Below are positions 25,002-38,430 of a stretch of 64,000 nucleotides of DNA, piece after piece. The stretch covers positions 94,311,352 to 94,375,351 of the forward strand of contig JASCQW010000162.1 in the NCBI GenBank assembly GCA_030264375.1, written 5' to 3'. This DNA comes from Carcharhinus longimanus (lineage: Eukaryota). The notes under the pieces are model-generated. The model saw nothing but the letters and a program-made list of their open reading frames with translations. It did not search any database and was not told the DNA's origin. The stretch's first letter is position 1; every line of letters starts with the position of its first letter. The position numbers and the translations under genes were made by a program.

Positions 25002-26114
25002 CCAATTTCTATACACAATATTAATATGGAGAAGTGTTTCAAGACTATTTTACCTGTGATATGAAATAATATTGCTGTGAAATTTACATACCAATAAGTT
25101 TTTTATAAAGTCAAGAATTTAGCATTAATATTAATAAAGGTTCATTGTGAAAAAGCCCATAAGTTTCTCAATAAATAAATTGACTGCAAATAAATTGTTG
25201 GTTGATTTGAACTTTTTGAAATTCTTAATCTGTCTCAGATTATTAATTTCCTTATATTTGGATTTGGCAGCTAAGGGCAGGGAATGGCTACATTCTGAAC
25301 TGTAGCTATAATCACAGCAGAGAAATATAGGGGCAGAAGGACTCCATTCAGATTTCAAGCCTGCCTACCATTCGATAGGATCATGGCTGATCTGATTGTG
25401 GGCTGAACTCCACTTCCCTGTCAGTAGTCACATTCAACAGAATAGGTGTTGAATAATAGATGTTGGATAAGGCAGAAATCAGAATAAGATAGGAAAAAAA
25501 TAGAAGAGGGAAGCATGAAGTTCAGGCAACAATATGTGCCACAGACTGCAAAGGCTGGCCCAAAAAAGATAAGTGAGAAATCACCTTGAAAATGAAGGCT
25601 AAGAAGAGCAAGAATGATCCTCTGCACTCCACAAGAATGTTGTGGGCTGCTGCCATCTGGGCCATCGCCTATTCTTAAGACTTACCTTACTGCTAGCCTA
25701 GTCTGTCTCTGGACCACGTGATATTGCACTGACCCAAAGCCAGCAAGCTACACTAGACCGTGCAGCTCACTGGTGGCATGATAATGATGCATGACCATTG
25801 AAATTAACTAACCTTCCTGCCTGGTGATTCAAGCAATTAGTCTGCCAACTTTACCGACCAGCCAGCCAACACCTGAAGCCTAGCCAGACTGCACTTTGAA
25901 CTTAATCATCCATCAACTACAACTTGTTCCTCAATTAGCTTGTGATATTTACGTCATATTGTTAGTTTCACACTGTGATTGCATTCATCCACTAGAAGAA
26001 ACATGGGAAACTACAATCAGAAAGGTCTGTGCAGTTCATCTAAGGCTCCCAAAGACTAGTACCTTCAATTGGCAATTTTTCAAATACCTTCTCTGTTTTC
26101 CTAGAAATACTACA

Positions 26115-26615
26115 GAAATGGTAACACAGCAGTATTGTTACTGAGCATATAATCCAGGTTTCCAGTCTAATGCTCTGGAGCCACAAATTCAAATCCTGTC
26201 ACAGGATCTGGGGGATTCAAATTTAAGTAATTAACATTAAATTTATAAGAAAACTAGTCTCAGTAATGATGATCATTAAGCGACTGGGTTGTCACAGAAA
26301 TGCTATCTGGTTCATGAATGTCCTTCAGGGGAGGAAATCTGCTGTTCTCACTCAGTCTGGCCTACTTGTGACTCCAGACCAACAGCAATATGATTGATGC
26401 TTAACTGCTGCCAAAATCACCTAGCCACTCAGTCTTATCAACCAGTACAAAAAACATTAAATAAGAATGAAACCTAGGCACCACAACCCTGCCCAGTCAA
26501 CCAGCAAAATCCTCCTAACCAACATCAGGGTTTTTGTGCCAAAATGGTACAGTCTGTCACACAGACTTGTCAAGCAATAGCTTGATATAGTCAGACTCAC
26601 AAATTCATACTTTGA
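26115..26615 (+). mobile_element. LINE 5' end: tRNA-SINE-like head followed by APE endonuclease N-terminus
   Basis: 26115-26405 resembles the SINE at 6762; it is followed by ..ILLTNI....VPKWYSLSHRLVKQ*LDIVRLTNSY (frameshifted), an APE N-terminal motif (N..GL...PDIV.LTE). Confidence 0.6.
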
Positions 26616-26879
26616 TCAGATAACATTTCTATTGAGGCTTTGCTTCTCCACATAAATAAGGCTAGGTTCTTTGATCCCTCCTCTTGTACAAATCCTTAAG
26701 CTATTAAAGTATGATGGGATATCTTTGCCGCGTGTTGACCAGAGTTTNNNNNNNNNNNNNNNNNNNNNNNNNNNNNNNNNNNNNNNNNNNNNNNNNNNNN
26801 NNCCTTTTAAGATTTAACTCATTTGCTAGTATTTTGGTCATCTGTCCCAATATTCTGGCTGCCACCTGTCCTAATATCT

Positions 26880-29800
26880 TAGAGTCATATAGTGCAGAAA
26901 AGGTCCTTTGGCCCATCTGCACCAACAATATCTATCACTAAAAGCACAAATCCCATTTTCCTGCACTTTTCCCACATCTTTGACAGTTAGAACATTTCAA
27001 GGGCTCATCCACATGTTTTTTAAAGGTTGTAGGGTTTCTGGCCTTGACTATCTTCCCAGGCAGCACATTATATATTCCCATCACCCTCTGAATGAAAAAG
27101 TTTTTTTTTCTCAAAACCCCTCTGAATCTCTTGTCCCTTATCCTCAAACTATGCCCCTCGTGATTGGCCCCTCAACCAAGGGGAAGAATTGTTCCCTACT
27201 CACCCTGCCCCTACCCCTTGTAATCTTATACACCTCAATCATGTCCCCATTTAGCCTTCTCTGCCCTAAAGAAAACAATCCAAATCTATGAGTCTCTCCT
27301 TATAGCTCAAATGCGCCATCCCAGACAACATCCTGGTGAACTTCCTCTTGAACCCTCTAGTGCTATCACATCGTTCCTGCAGTGACATGACCAGAACTGC
27401 ACATAGTACTCCAGCTCTGGCCTAACTAATGCACTGTAACCAATATTACTTCCTTGCTCTTACACGCTATACCACAACTAATGAAGGCAATTGTCCCATT
27501 TGCCTTTTTAACTATCCTATTCATGTGCTCTGCTAACCTCAGAGGCCTATGAATAATGACCTCAAGATCCCTCAGTTCCTCTGAGTTTTCCAGTGTCCTG
27601 CCTTTCATTAAATATTCCCTCCTTTGACCCAATGCCAATTTTTAAGTGCTTTGGGATATTTAGAGGTGTTTATATCAATGCAAGTTATTGTTATTAGACA
27701 GACTGAATACTGGGATTTGTGCTCTATTCCTCTGGCTATAATAAAATGTTTCCTTACTGTTGCAGTGCACTTTTGCTAGTCACAGTAGACTATTCACAAT
27801 TTCCTCCAGATCCCTCTCTGTTTTGTATCTTATGTTTGAGAACCTTTTACAATATATTCCTCCATTTTATTTCCCTTCCTAAGTTTAATTATATTGCATT
27901 TGTTTGTGAATCATCAGCTCATCTTCTTAACTCATCTCTCTTTATATTGCACTTGCCAGTTCCCTATTGTTCAGACACCAAAGTTTAACTTTGCTTCTAT
28001 TCCTGTTCCAAATATACCCTGTAATTTGTAAGATATCTAGTCCCTGTGGGACCTGCTAGTGATTTCTAGCCTGTCAAGTGCAGCTCTTTTCACCATCACA
28101 CTTTGCTTTCTCTGATCTAGTCAATTTTCAATCGCCTCAGGAGTTTGCCTCCTATTCCATTACCTTCCTATCTTGTGGACTAATTGTGACATTGTATTAA
28201 AAGCCTTTTTGATGACTAAATATATCACACCACAGAGTTTCCATTGTCGACAAAGTCCCTCAAAGAACTCCAGTAAATTTACTGGACATATTCTCATAAA
28301 TCCATGCTGACTTCCATGTAGCTCAACATACCTATCCAAATACTTCATTATTTCTTCAATTCGTATCCCTCCTAATATCTTGCCCAAGGAAATGGATTAA
28401 CTCTTGCCATTCCTTCTGTTGCAGGCAGCATGCAAACTTTGTGAAACAGAGAATCATAGAAATTTACAGCACAAAAGGAAATCATTCTGTCTATGACAGT
28501 AGCCATCAGGTTTAATCCTACTTTACAACTACTTGGTGTGTAACATTGTAGTACATCTTCAGGAACTTTTTGATAATGTTATTGAAGGTTTCTGCATCTA
28601 CCATCCTTTTAGATAGTAAGTTCCTGATCCCCACCAATCTGCGTGAAGAAACATCCCTCCAATCACCCCAGCCTTCTTACTTTAAATATGTGCCCCTTAG
28701 TTATTGGCCTCCCAACCGAGAAGAATAGGGTCTTCCTATCCAATCTATTCAGAACCCTCATAATTGTATGCACTGCAATTAAATCTCCCCTCAGCCTCCT
28801 CCATTCCAAAGAAAACAACACTAGCCTATCCAATCATTCCTCATAACTAAAATTCTCCAATACAGGCACAATGCTCACANNNNNNNNNNNNNNNNNNNNN
28901 NNNNNNNNNNNNNNNNNNNNNNNNNNNNNNNNNNNNNNNNNNNNNNNNNNNNNNNNNNNNNNNNNNNNNNNNNNNNNNNAGCCTCCTCCATTCCAAAGAA
29001 AACAACACTAGCCTATCCAATCCTTCCTCATAACTAAAATTCTCCAATCCAGGCAACATGCTCACAAATGTCCTCTGTAACTTTTCTCTGTAGTTTTTCT
29101 GTACGGCAATAACCAGAACAGCATACAATACTCAAGATATTGCCTAACTAATACTTTACAGTTTTAGCATAACCTCCCAGCTCTTATATTATATGCCTCA
29201 ACTAATTCAGGAGAGTGTACCATGTGCTTCTTGATCAACATATCTACCTGTATAGTCACCTTCAGGGATCTGTGGACATGGAATACAAGTTCCCTCTATT
29301 CTGCTACACTTCCCAGTGTCTTACCATTTAATGTGTATTCCCTTGCCTTGGTAGCCTTCACCAAATGCATTACCTCGCATTTCTCAGAATTGAACTCCAT
29401 TTGCTGAGCTATGTACAAATCCAACATCAAGCTATCCCACTCCCTGTCATTCTGGTGTGTTCCACGTGCCTATCCAATAATCGCTTGAAAGTTCCTAAAG
29501 TGTCCGACTCCACTATCACAGCAGGCAGTGCATGCCACACCTCAACCTCTCTCTGAGTAAAAAATCTACCTCAGACATCTCTCCTATATCTCCCCCCATG
29601 AACCTTATAGTTATGCTCCCTAGTAACAGCTACATCCACCCAAGGAAGTAGTCTCCGCACATCCACTCTTTCTATCCCCCTCATCATCTTATTAACTTCT
29701 ATTAAGTCGCCTCTCATCCTCCTCCACTCTAAAGAGAAAAGCCCCAGCTCCCTCAACCTTTCCTCGTGAGACCTACCCTCCAAACCAGGCAGCACCCTGG

Positions 29801-30093
29801 TAAATCTCCTCTCCACTTTCTCCAATGCTTCCACATCCTTCTTATAGTGAGGTGACCAGAACTGCATGCAATATTCCAAATGTGGTCTCACCAAGGTCCT
29901 GTACAGTTGTAGCATAACCCCATGGCTCTTAAACTCAAACCCCCGTTAATAAACGCTAACACACTATAAGCCTTCTTCACAGTCTATCCACTTGAGTGGA
30001 AACCTTCAGAGATCTCTGGATATGAACCCCAAGATCTCTCTGTTCCTCCACATTCCTCAGAACCCTGCCGTTGACCCTGTAATCTGCATTCAA
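26880..30093 (-). mobile_element. Cluster of several CR1 LINE 3' fragments of different ages
   Basis: For example MLQLYRTLVRPHLEYCMQFWSPHYKKDVEALEKVERRFTRVLPGL...RGDLIEV (29571-29915), SQHGFMR..NLLEFFE (28160-28387) and KNFFIQRV (26938-27147). Confidence 0.9.
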
Positions 30094-30269
30094 NNNNNNN
30101 NNNNNNNNNNNNNNNNNNNNNNNNNNNNNNNNNNNNNNNNNNNNNNNNNNNNNNNNNNNNNNNNNNNNNNNNNNNNNNNNNNNNNNNNNNNNNCATCTTA
30201 TACGTCTCAATGAGATCTCCCCTCATTCTTCTAAACTCTAACGAGCACAAGCCTAGTTTATTCAGCCTC

Positions 30270-30470
30270 TGTGTCACTGTCTGTGTATTCTCCCCGTGTC
30301 TGCATGAGTTTCCTCCCACAGTCTGAAGATGTGTAAGTCAGTTGGGTTATTGCCCCTTAGTGTCAGGAGGACTAGCTGGGGGTTATGGGGATAGGGCCTG
30401 GGTGGGATTGTGGTCAGTCAGACTTGATGGGCTGAATGGCTTCCTTCTGCACTGCAGGATTCTATAATCT
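30270..30470 (+). mobile_element. HE1-type SINE fragment
   Basis: V-domain and tail motifs. Confidence 0.7.
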
Positions 30471-31649
30471 GAGTCTTTCATGTGAAGTTACTCATCCAGA
30501 CATCTGTACAAGTTCTCCAACTGTGTATTAATGCTACCAACTTCTCAAATCCTTCAGAAATAAATCTACGTTTTTCAAATTAATCCATCCCTTGTGGCTG
30601 GTAGGTGCTTTGATCTAATAAGTGAGTACAAGATGAAGAAAAACACATCAAAGCTTATCTCTGTGCTTCCCAAAACCCTGTCTCTCTGCTGGCTCCATAA
30701 CCCCTTAAATTTAGCCAGCCCCCTAAGCACCCCATTGATGTCCAGATCTCTCTGTACTGCCACCACTGCCCTCTGTTAAACCTCCCGTCTCTTGGTTACG
30801 TTGTGTTCTGCTGCTTCAGATCTTCTCCCCCTGTCAATTGAAGAGAGTTTAAAGTCTTTGAACAGGAGGCTAGAGAAACACTCGGGGTTCCCCTCCACAA
30901 CTCCAACCCCACTGTACCAGACCGCTCTCTGAGATAAAGTCGCAGCCAGAAGATGGAATGACACTGTCAAACATACTGACAGGTTCTTTAGCTTTGAAAC
31001 TCTGGACTGTGATGCCTCCCACAGTTAGCAAGCTTGCTAACCCTCAGCATTCACTCTCACTCCTGAAGATTTGGTTGGGATGCCAGGAAGTGATCTTGGA
31101 GTTCTCCCACAACAGGAGTTAGTGTCTTCAGGAAAGGAGAGAGCACAAAATTTTAAAAAAGGATCTCAAAGTTGGAGGCTGATAATTATTGGCTAATGCA
31201 GCAAAGAAGGAGGCCATTTGGCCCATTGAAAGAGATATCCAGTAGTCCCACTCTGCCGTTTTTATCTCCTGGAAGGAAATGTTCTTGACTAACTCTTGTC
31301 CTTGCAGCATCTTGACCTTAACCTGTAGCAACTCAGCCGAGGCCAGCTTCCCACCACTGGAAACCAAACTAATAGCCGCATCTGTGACGTACAGCAAGCA
31401 GGTCCATACCTGGCAACCTACAACAATGGTCCGGGTTACTGCGACAGGTTTTAACCTCTGCTGCTCATGTCCCTTTGCGCCAGCCTCCAACCACTCAAGA
31501 AGGGAGTTCATATTGCACACACCCACCGGTAGATCACTCGATGATCCCTGTGTCCTTCCCTCCTCCCTTGGGTCCAACTCACCCCCCCTGCCAGAATGCC
31601 CTTTCCTCTGCCTAGCAGTTGGCCTGAGGTCTGTCAAAATCCAAATCCA

Positions 31650-31845
31650 ATCCAAAGATGTGCGGGTTAGGTTGATTGGTCATGCTAAAATTGCCCCTTA
31701 GTGTTCTGAGATGTGTAGGTTAGAGGGATGAGTGGGTAAAATATGTAGGGATAAGGGGGTAGGGCCTGGGTGGGATTATGGTTGTTACAGACCGGATGAG
31801 CTGAATGGCCTTTCTGTAGTGTAGGGTTTCTATGATTCTATGATC
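31650..31845 (+). mobile_element. HE1-type SINE 3' half
   Basis: TCCAAAGATGTGCGGGTTAGGTTGATTGG...TTCTATGATTCTATGA. Confidence 0.8.
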
Positions 31846-31924
31846 ATTAATATATACCAGAAGGCAATGGACGTGATACTGAGTTCTGCAGAACCACACT
31901 AGAAACAGCCTTCCAGTGTCAACT

Positions 31925-32270
31925 ACCAATCAACCATTACCCTTTACTTCCAGCCTCTGCACCAATTTTGAATCAAAATTGTTACTTTGCCTTAGATTTT
32001 ATGGCATTTCACTTTTGGAACATCTGCCATTTGGGACGTTATTGAAAGCCTTGTGAAAATCCATATGGACAACATCAAATACACCACACTCATTGACCTT
32101 CCTTGTTACTTCCTCAAAAAATTCAATCAAAATTCAATAACAAATCCATGCTGACTGTCTTTGATTAATCTGTGCCTTTCTCAATTCAAATTTATTCTCT
32201 CCCTCAGAAGTTTTTCCAATAAATTTCCCTTCAGTTAGGTTAGACTGACTAGCCTGGAATTATCTAAATC
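31925..32270 (-). mobile_element. CR1 RT fragment
   Basis: GAAAGCCTTGTGAAAATCCATAT..ACATC and AAATCCATGCTGACTGTC, the reverse strands of the Y.DF.KAFD and SQHGF motifs. Confidence 0.7.
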
Positions 32271-32875
32271 AGTTCTGCACCGATTTCCAGGCCCCGGAAA
32301 TGCGCGGAGGCCATGTCCGCCCAGGGGGCAGCCCGCTAAACGGCCTCCGCTGATGTCTCCCAGCCCACTGCGCTGTCTGAGAGAATCTCAACCCCACCCC
32401 CTCCCCACCCCCCATCCTCCCCATATCTTTTCTTTCTCTTTAAAGCCATGACACCTAATATAGTTAGGACATGACAAAAAGAAAATTGGTGATGACTCAG
32501 GAGTTTGTTCAATCCAAAACACTGAGAAAAGATCCCATGTAGAAGAAAAAATATTGTTAGTCCTCGCACTTTGAATATTAGAAGCTGGGGAGAAGCAGTA
32601 ACAGGATTAAAGACTAAAGTATCAGTACAGGAAGACATGTAAGAAAAAGCTCTCTATGTGGCCTTAAAAGTGGGTTTTTTCCAATCAGAGAAGGGTGAGA
32701 TTCCAGTCTGTGTCTGGTATATTTGAAAGGAAGGGATATTCTGCCATATGGCTGGGGTCATTTGAAGAAAAAATAGAATAAGTCAACAGTCTCCATGGTA
32801 AACTGTGGAGTACTGGAAAGTCAGTAAAAAATATATATACAGGGAAGTCTCGAATTGCAAGTGTCTGCAAAAGAA

Positions 32876-33320
32876 ATGATGGGTCAGTTAGAATCCATGG
32901 GGCCTTTCAATGAAGAAAATGAATCATGGAGTTCCTGTGCGGAACATTTTCAGTACTTTGTACGAGCAAAATTGCAAATTAGTTGTTCTTACCAACCTTT
33001 CACTGTACAATAAGAAATAAAATCTTCAATTTGCTTGATTCATCCAACAAAACCAGGAACCAAAACCTATGATGATTTGACAAAGATTCTTGAAGAGCAT
33101 TATTCTCCAAAGCCAAGAAGGAATTAGTATGTAATTATTTTTGGTGGCCGGGTCTGGATGCTCAGATTGAAGAAAAGGTGGTACTGTGTTAATCCTGTGG
33201 ACGAATAAGAAATACACCACCATTGTCTCCATTACATCCTTGCGACTGGCCTAAAGTGCCATGGCAACGATTGCATTTGGATGTCGTTTGTCTGTTTGAG
33301 GGTTACATGTTCTTAGTATA
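32876..33320 (+). mobile_element. Heavily deleted Gypsy-type LTR retrotransposon remnant (gag N-terminus plus integrase piece)
   Basis: MGQLESMGPFNEENESWSSCAEHFQYFVRA..PTKPGTKTYDDLTKILEEHYSPKP, then PLSPLHPCDWPKVPWQRLHLD...FEGYMFLV. Confidence 0.75.
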
Positions 33321-33435
33321 AAACAGGACAGAATGCTCGCTCTAAGATTCTGGGCTGGATTTTATGACCTCACTCGAACAAGACCAGAAGTTCCCAACCA
33401 AGGTTGAATCCGTGGCAGATAGGGAAATAGAATTC

Positions 33436-34805
33436 CAGGACTTGAGGCGTTGGTTCAGGAGGTGGGCAAGAGTAGTGAGGTTCTCCATCTACAGGAGATA
33501 AGAAAGTCCCCCACGTAAACACTGAGAAGGAAGTTGATGCAGGTAGCCATTAGGGTGAATGACAACAGTGTAGTCATGAGGATATGGGTACATTAGCAAG
33601 AGAAGTTTAATGACCTGAAGCAGTCAAGGTTAGTTGAATCATCCTGAAATGCCATATCCCACTACCTCTCATCACTCACCTCACACATTCATTCACATAC
33701 CAACAATCTCTACTAGTCACAGTCCATGCTTCATATTCATAGCTTCATCTCACCCTCTTGCACTAACATTGCTGCAAGCCTCATACTCACATCTCACAGC
33801 TTGTACAAACTGCCAGTTCTTCAACCATAACTCAAACAGATTGCACAACATTCATTCATAAAGTTACCAGGCGTACAGATGGTAGCAACAGGAGCTAACC
33901 AGCAGAGGACAGACATTTTCACAGGCCAATGGAGGAAACTGTAAATGCCAACATTGGAGTGGCCATAACTGAGGCTGTGACTAGTGGCAGGGCAATTTTC
34001 CTTCTGAGAACCCATTTCCCCTTCATCTCGGAGTCCCTACTGATGTACAAGCTGCAGATGGTCTAAACTTGCACATCTCATGCTCCCACACAACACTTAC
34101 CCCAAGTCTACCCTGGTGCCTTTCTCCTTCCGCAGACTGGCACCTAACCAGGCAATGGAGCAAGTGTATGAAGTACAGAACAGCTAAAGGCTGATAATGA
34201 TGAAATATAATTACTCCATCTCAGATTCACTGCCAGCAGCTCAAATATTGCATTGCACATACTCTAGTGCCTAGCATACAGGTGGGATTTGCACATGGTG
34301 AGATGCTGGACCATGGCCAACCAGCAATCTTGGCAAGTTGCTCAGTTGTTCAGGTTCCAACTCCATGGAAGGTCGCATATGAGAACTTGAATGAGAATTC
34401 TGATGGGATGGTGTACAGAAAAAAGACAGGTAGAAAAGCACAATGGAATGCTTGGTACATTGGTAGGACTGCCAGAAAGGCTGCTCAGTCATGGCACATG
34501 AGAATTCCAGCTCCAATTTGACATCGGGTTAAGTGCAGCATTTGGAGCCCACACTATCCAGTGAGGAAGTGGTGGCCAACTCCAGGAGAACACTTGCAAC
34601 CATGATGCACTGTCAGATAGCCATTGTCTCCATTTCCAATGCAACACCAACAAAACCAACCCAATATCTGTGTGCCGCTGTGGATATCCAGACTAAAGAC
34701 ATACAATCTTATTTTGTTGGTGTGCAACTTCAGTTTACTGCCATGCAGACTTGGACTGCTACCATCATGGATACAGTACTGAAGGGAGTTGCAGGACCTC
34801 ACAGC
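33436..34805 (+). mobile_element. Harbinger Myb/SANT-like ORF remnant
   Basis: LEALVQEVGKSSEVL...LRRKLMQVAIRVNDNSVVMRIWVH*QEKFNDL resembles the Myb/SANT-like W..VA..VN....RTW.QCRKKFNDL motif; downstream extent is approximate. Confidence 0.6.
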
Positions 34806-34814
34806 AACAGTACC

Positions 34815-35590
34815 AAAGGCATCAACATCTTATATTTATACTTATGTAATGAAATGTCCCAAGGTGCTTCATAGGAGCTTTATAAAACAAGAAATGGCAC
34901 TGAGATACACAAGGCAATATTAGCTCAGATGATCAAAAACTTGGTCAAAGAGGTAGATTTTTAAACCATTTCTTAAAGGAGGAAAGCAAGGTGAAGAGGT
35001 ATAGGGAAGGAATTCCAGAGTTTGGGGCTGAGATAGCTGAAGATACGGCCACTAATACTGGATAAATTATAATAGGGAATGCATGGGACATCAGAATGAG
35101 AGGGACACAGATATTTGAGAGGGTCATCGAGCTGGAGGATATTAGAGAGATGGCAAGCAATGGATAGATTTGAAAACAAGGATGAGAATTTTAAAATTAG
35201 AACATTTCTTGACAGGAAGCCAATGTAAGTCAGCAAGCACAGGGGTGAAGGATGAACAGAACTTGCTGGGAGTTAATTCACGGCAGTAGAGTTTTGGGTG
35301 GTCTCAAGTGTACAGAGGGTAAAATGTGGGAGGCAAGTTGGTGTGCACTGATATGGTTGAGTCTCCAGGTAATGAAAGCATGGATGAGGATTTCAGCAGC
35401 AGATAAACCAAAACAGAGGTGAAATTAAGCAATGTTCCAGTGGTGGAAACAGACGTTCTTAGAGATGGCATGAATATGAGGTCGGGAATTCATCTCAAAA
35501 TCTAATGTGATACCAAGGTGTGAACAGACGAGATAATCCCAGACTGTTGCCAGGGGGAGGTGGTGGAATCAATAGTTAGGGAACAAGGTG
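34815..35590 (-). mobile_element. L2-type LINE 3' region
   Basis: AGGGAAGGAATTCCAGAGTTTGGGGCT..AGCTGAAG (minus strand ..FSYLSPKLWNSFP) with an L2-like tail. Confidence 0.7.
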
Positions 35591-36207
35591 TTGGAGTGGA
35601 AAATCAGTGTTCCAGTAGATTACTAGAATTAGCAAGGTACTGCCAGGGTGATGTGGTAGTAGTTCCATGGAGTAGCAACCTGCTGTCCAGCTGCAGAGTA
35701 TTGTTCACACACCACTGCCACTCCACCAATGCTCCACCAATGCTCTCAGTCCCTCCTCTCAGTCCCAACTCCTGGCATCTGTATCAATGCAATGCTGTCT
35801 GAAGCCATGCTTTCAACCACCAGAGCTACTCAGGGTCATCCCGCAGTCTCATTGTAGTCTTCCTTGCTGAAAGTCAGCAGCTTTGCATCAGCCATGCTGC
35901 AGCCTCTAGGGTAGCACGGCATTGGAGCACAAGGCCAGGCAAAGCAAGATAGGTACTAAACACAAGGGTGAATCTTGCCTCTTGTGTGAAATATTAGACT
36001 TTTTTGATAAAGTTGTTTTGAAATTGTTATCTTCAAAGCCTGATTCTCATATTAGACACATGCACATCTCCCTCCCTCACATACACACCTCTCAAACTCA
36101 CCCCTTTCTCTCACACACAGTCATCCCTCTCTCTCACACATACGCACACACTCACCTTCTCTCACAAACTCACTCACCCTGTCTCTCAGATAATCATCTG
36201 TTGGATA

Positions 36208-36508
36208 GCATGATGGCACAGTGGTTAGCACTGCTGCCTCAAAACACCAGGGACCCAGGTTTGGCTCCCCAGCTTGGGCCTGTGCAGAGTCTGCACGTTT
36301 TCCCTGTTTCTGCATGAGTTTCCTCCAGGTGCTCTGATTTCCTCCCACAGTATGAAAGACGTGCTGATTAGATGCATTGGCCATGCTAAATTCTCCTTCT
36401 GTGTACCCAAACAGGCATCGGAGTGTGGCAACTAGGAGATTTTCACATTAACTTCATTGCAGTGTTGTGTAAGCCTACTGTGACACTAATAAATAAACTT
36501 AAAAAAAA
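36208..36508 (+). mobile_element. HE1/V-SINE-type SINE
   Basis: Head, V-domain and AATAAATAAAC tail. Confidence 0.8.
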
Positions 36509-38132
36509 CTCTCATACACAAATTCACCCTTCTCTCATACACGCTGTGATGACACTGTGCCTTTAAGGAATGTATTTTAATCATGCTCCTTTGCAGGATT
36601 TTGTTGGCACTGTGTAGTCTGCAGCCTGTGTCCTCTAATTGTTACTGAAGCAAGATAATGGATTTCATGCTGATTTTAATCTGGACTAATGCAGTGTTCT
36701 CTGAATTAATGGTCCTTTGGGAATTGCTGAGTGGATCTTGAATGGGGTTAATTAACAGGTCAGGTGATATTCCCCACAGAAAAGTCCAGCTTTTAGTTTC
36801 ATTTCCCTGTTGCTACTAGAAGTTGGTGGAAGAAGGCAGTGTAATCTCTCTTTCAGGGAAATAGACGATGAGCAGGTTGGGGCTGTCGGTAACAGAGAGA
36901 AAGGTGAAACGTTTGGGAGGAATGGAGAAAAACTCTTTACTCCCACCCTACCATAGGAATCAACCATATCCTCACTATTAAATGGTGAGGATACCTAAAA
37001 ATAAACAAGACCACTCAATTGCAAGTAAAAATAAATATCTTGGCTGAGACATTTCAAGCCCAGATGGATTCCCAGCGGTGAATTTGGCAAAGCTAAATTG
37101 AGATTCAACAATATATTTGAGAACCAGTGCAGGAATGAAATGCGTGATGAGTACCTAAATAGATCAGCGTTCTGCAACATTAAAGATGTTTGGAGATGTG
37201 GCTATAACCCTTGTATAAATACAGATAAGAATTATGAAAGTGTGTGGTCTGTAGCTAAAACAGGGTGAATGAAAAGAGGAAATGCTCTCAATTGAAGGAA
37301 AAGTGATCTAACAATAAATGGGAAACTTCAGCTAGATAAGAAATTGTCACCTTTCCATTGATTCAGGTGAAAGATTGTTAAAGAAACAAGAGATATGACA
37401 GTGGTTCCAATGTATAAAAGAGAATCACAGCGCAGTACATCTGATCCAAAAGCAGCAATGAGCAGACAAACAATAACTAGTCTGCAACCTCATTCACTGA
37501 ACTCTGAGCTCAGTGTTAAACCATCCCTTAAGCTACCTAAATAATTGTCAGAGAATTAAAACTCTCAATTCAAAACAATGCGTAGGTTCAAAGGAAAAGC
37601 CAGACAAAGCAATATGTAAAACTCCTAATTAACTTTCTGCTTGACACCTGAGTAATTATTATCCTGCTGGGATCCAATACATACAACAGTTTTCTTTTTA
37701 TTAAGGGGCTTCGTGGAGAAAATAAGTAGGCACCTTCCATTTTAAGTGAAAGAATAAACAACTGAGCTTAGGTACTTGATCAGAAGTAAAACATGAAATC
37801 ACTGTGAGCATTTGTGAAGCTAAAGGGTGCCTTCATGTTTGGGTGGGTCTTTCACCAAAAGAGTATTCATTTTAAAATCAACTGCATCAGATCAAGCAAG
37901 TCTTTGCTTATTAACAGCAATGCAGAGATTGACAGAAATATTGAAAATCACTGACTTTAATTTTTAATCACTTATACAGTTGCACTATGAGTAATCAGTG
38001 AAACTATTCACTGAGTATGCACTACCACTGCAACACAGAACAGTGTGAAAACATTGGTGCTTTTCCTTTCAGAGCTATAAAAGCCACGTGCAAACTCAGT
38101 AACAAGGGAAGAGAAAAAGTAACAAGACTCAT

Positions 38133-38430
38133 GGGCAGCACAGTGACACCATGGTTAGCACTGCTACCTCACAGCACCAGGGACTTGGATTCAGTTCCAG
38201 CCTTAGGTGATTATCTGTATGGAGTTTGCATGTTCTCCCTGTGTTTGTATGGATTTCCTTTGGGTGCTTCTGTTTCCTCTCACAGTCCAAGATGTGTGGG
38301 TTAGGCTGATTGGCCATACTAAATTACTCCTTAGTGTCAGGGAGACTAAGAGGGTAATAAGTGGGGTTACAAGGATAGTGCCTGGGTGGCATTGTTGTTG
38401 ATGCAGACTTGATGGGCCGAATGGCCTCCT
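38133..38430 (+). mobile_element. HE1/V-SINE-type SINE
   Basis: Head, V-domain and tail running into the N gap. Confidence 0.8.

Noticed and set aside
28792-29068. ~90-bp direct repeat on either side of a 100-N gap
   Set aside because: Most likely an unmerged contig overlap at a fixed-size scaffold gap; the same pattern occurs at other gaps.
38076-38090. TATAAAA next to a CACGTG E-box (mammalian Prok2 is E-box/clock-controlled)
   Set aside because: Short motifs expected by chance, 11 kb from exon 2, and no exon 1 to anchor a promoter.
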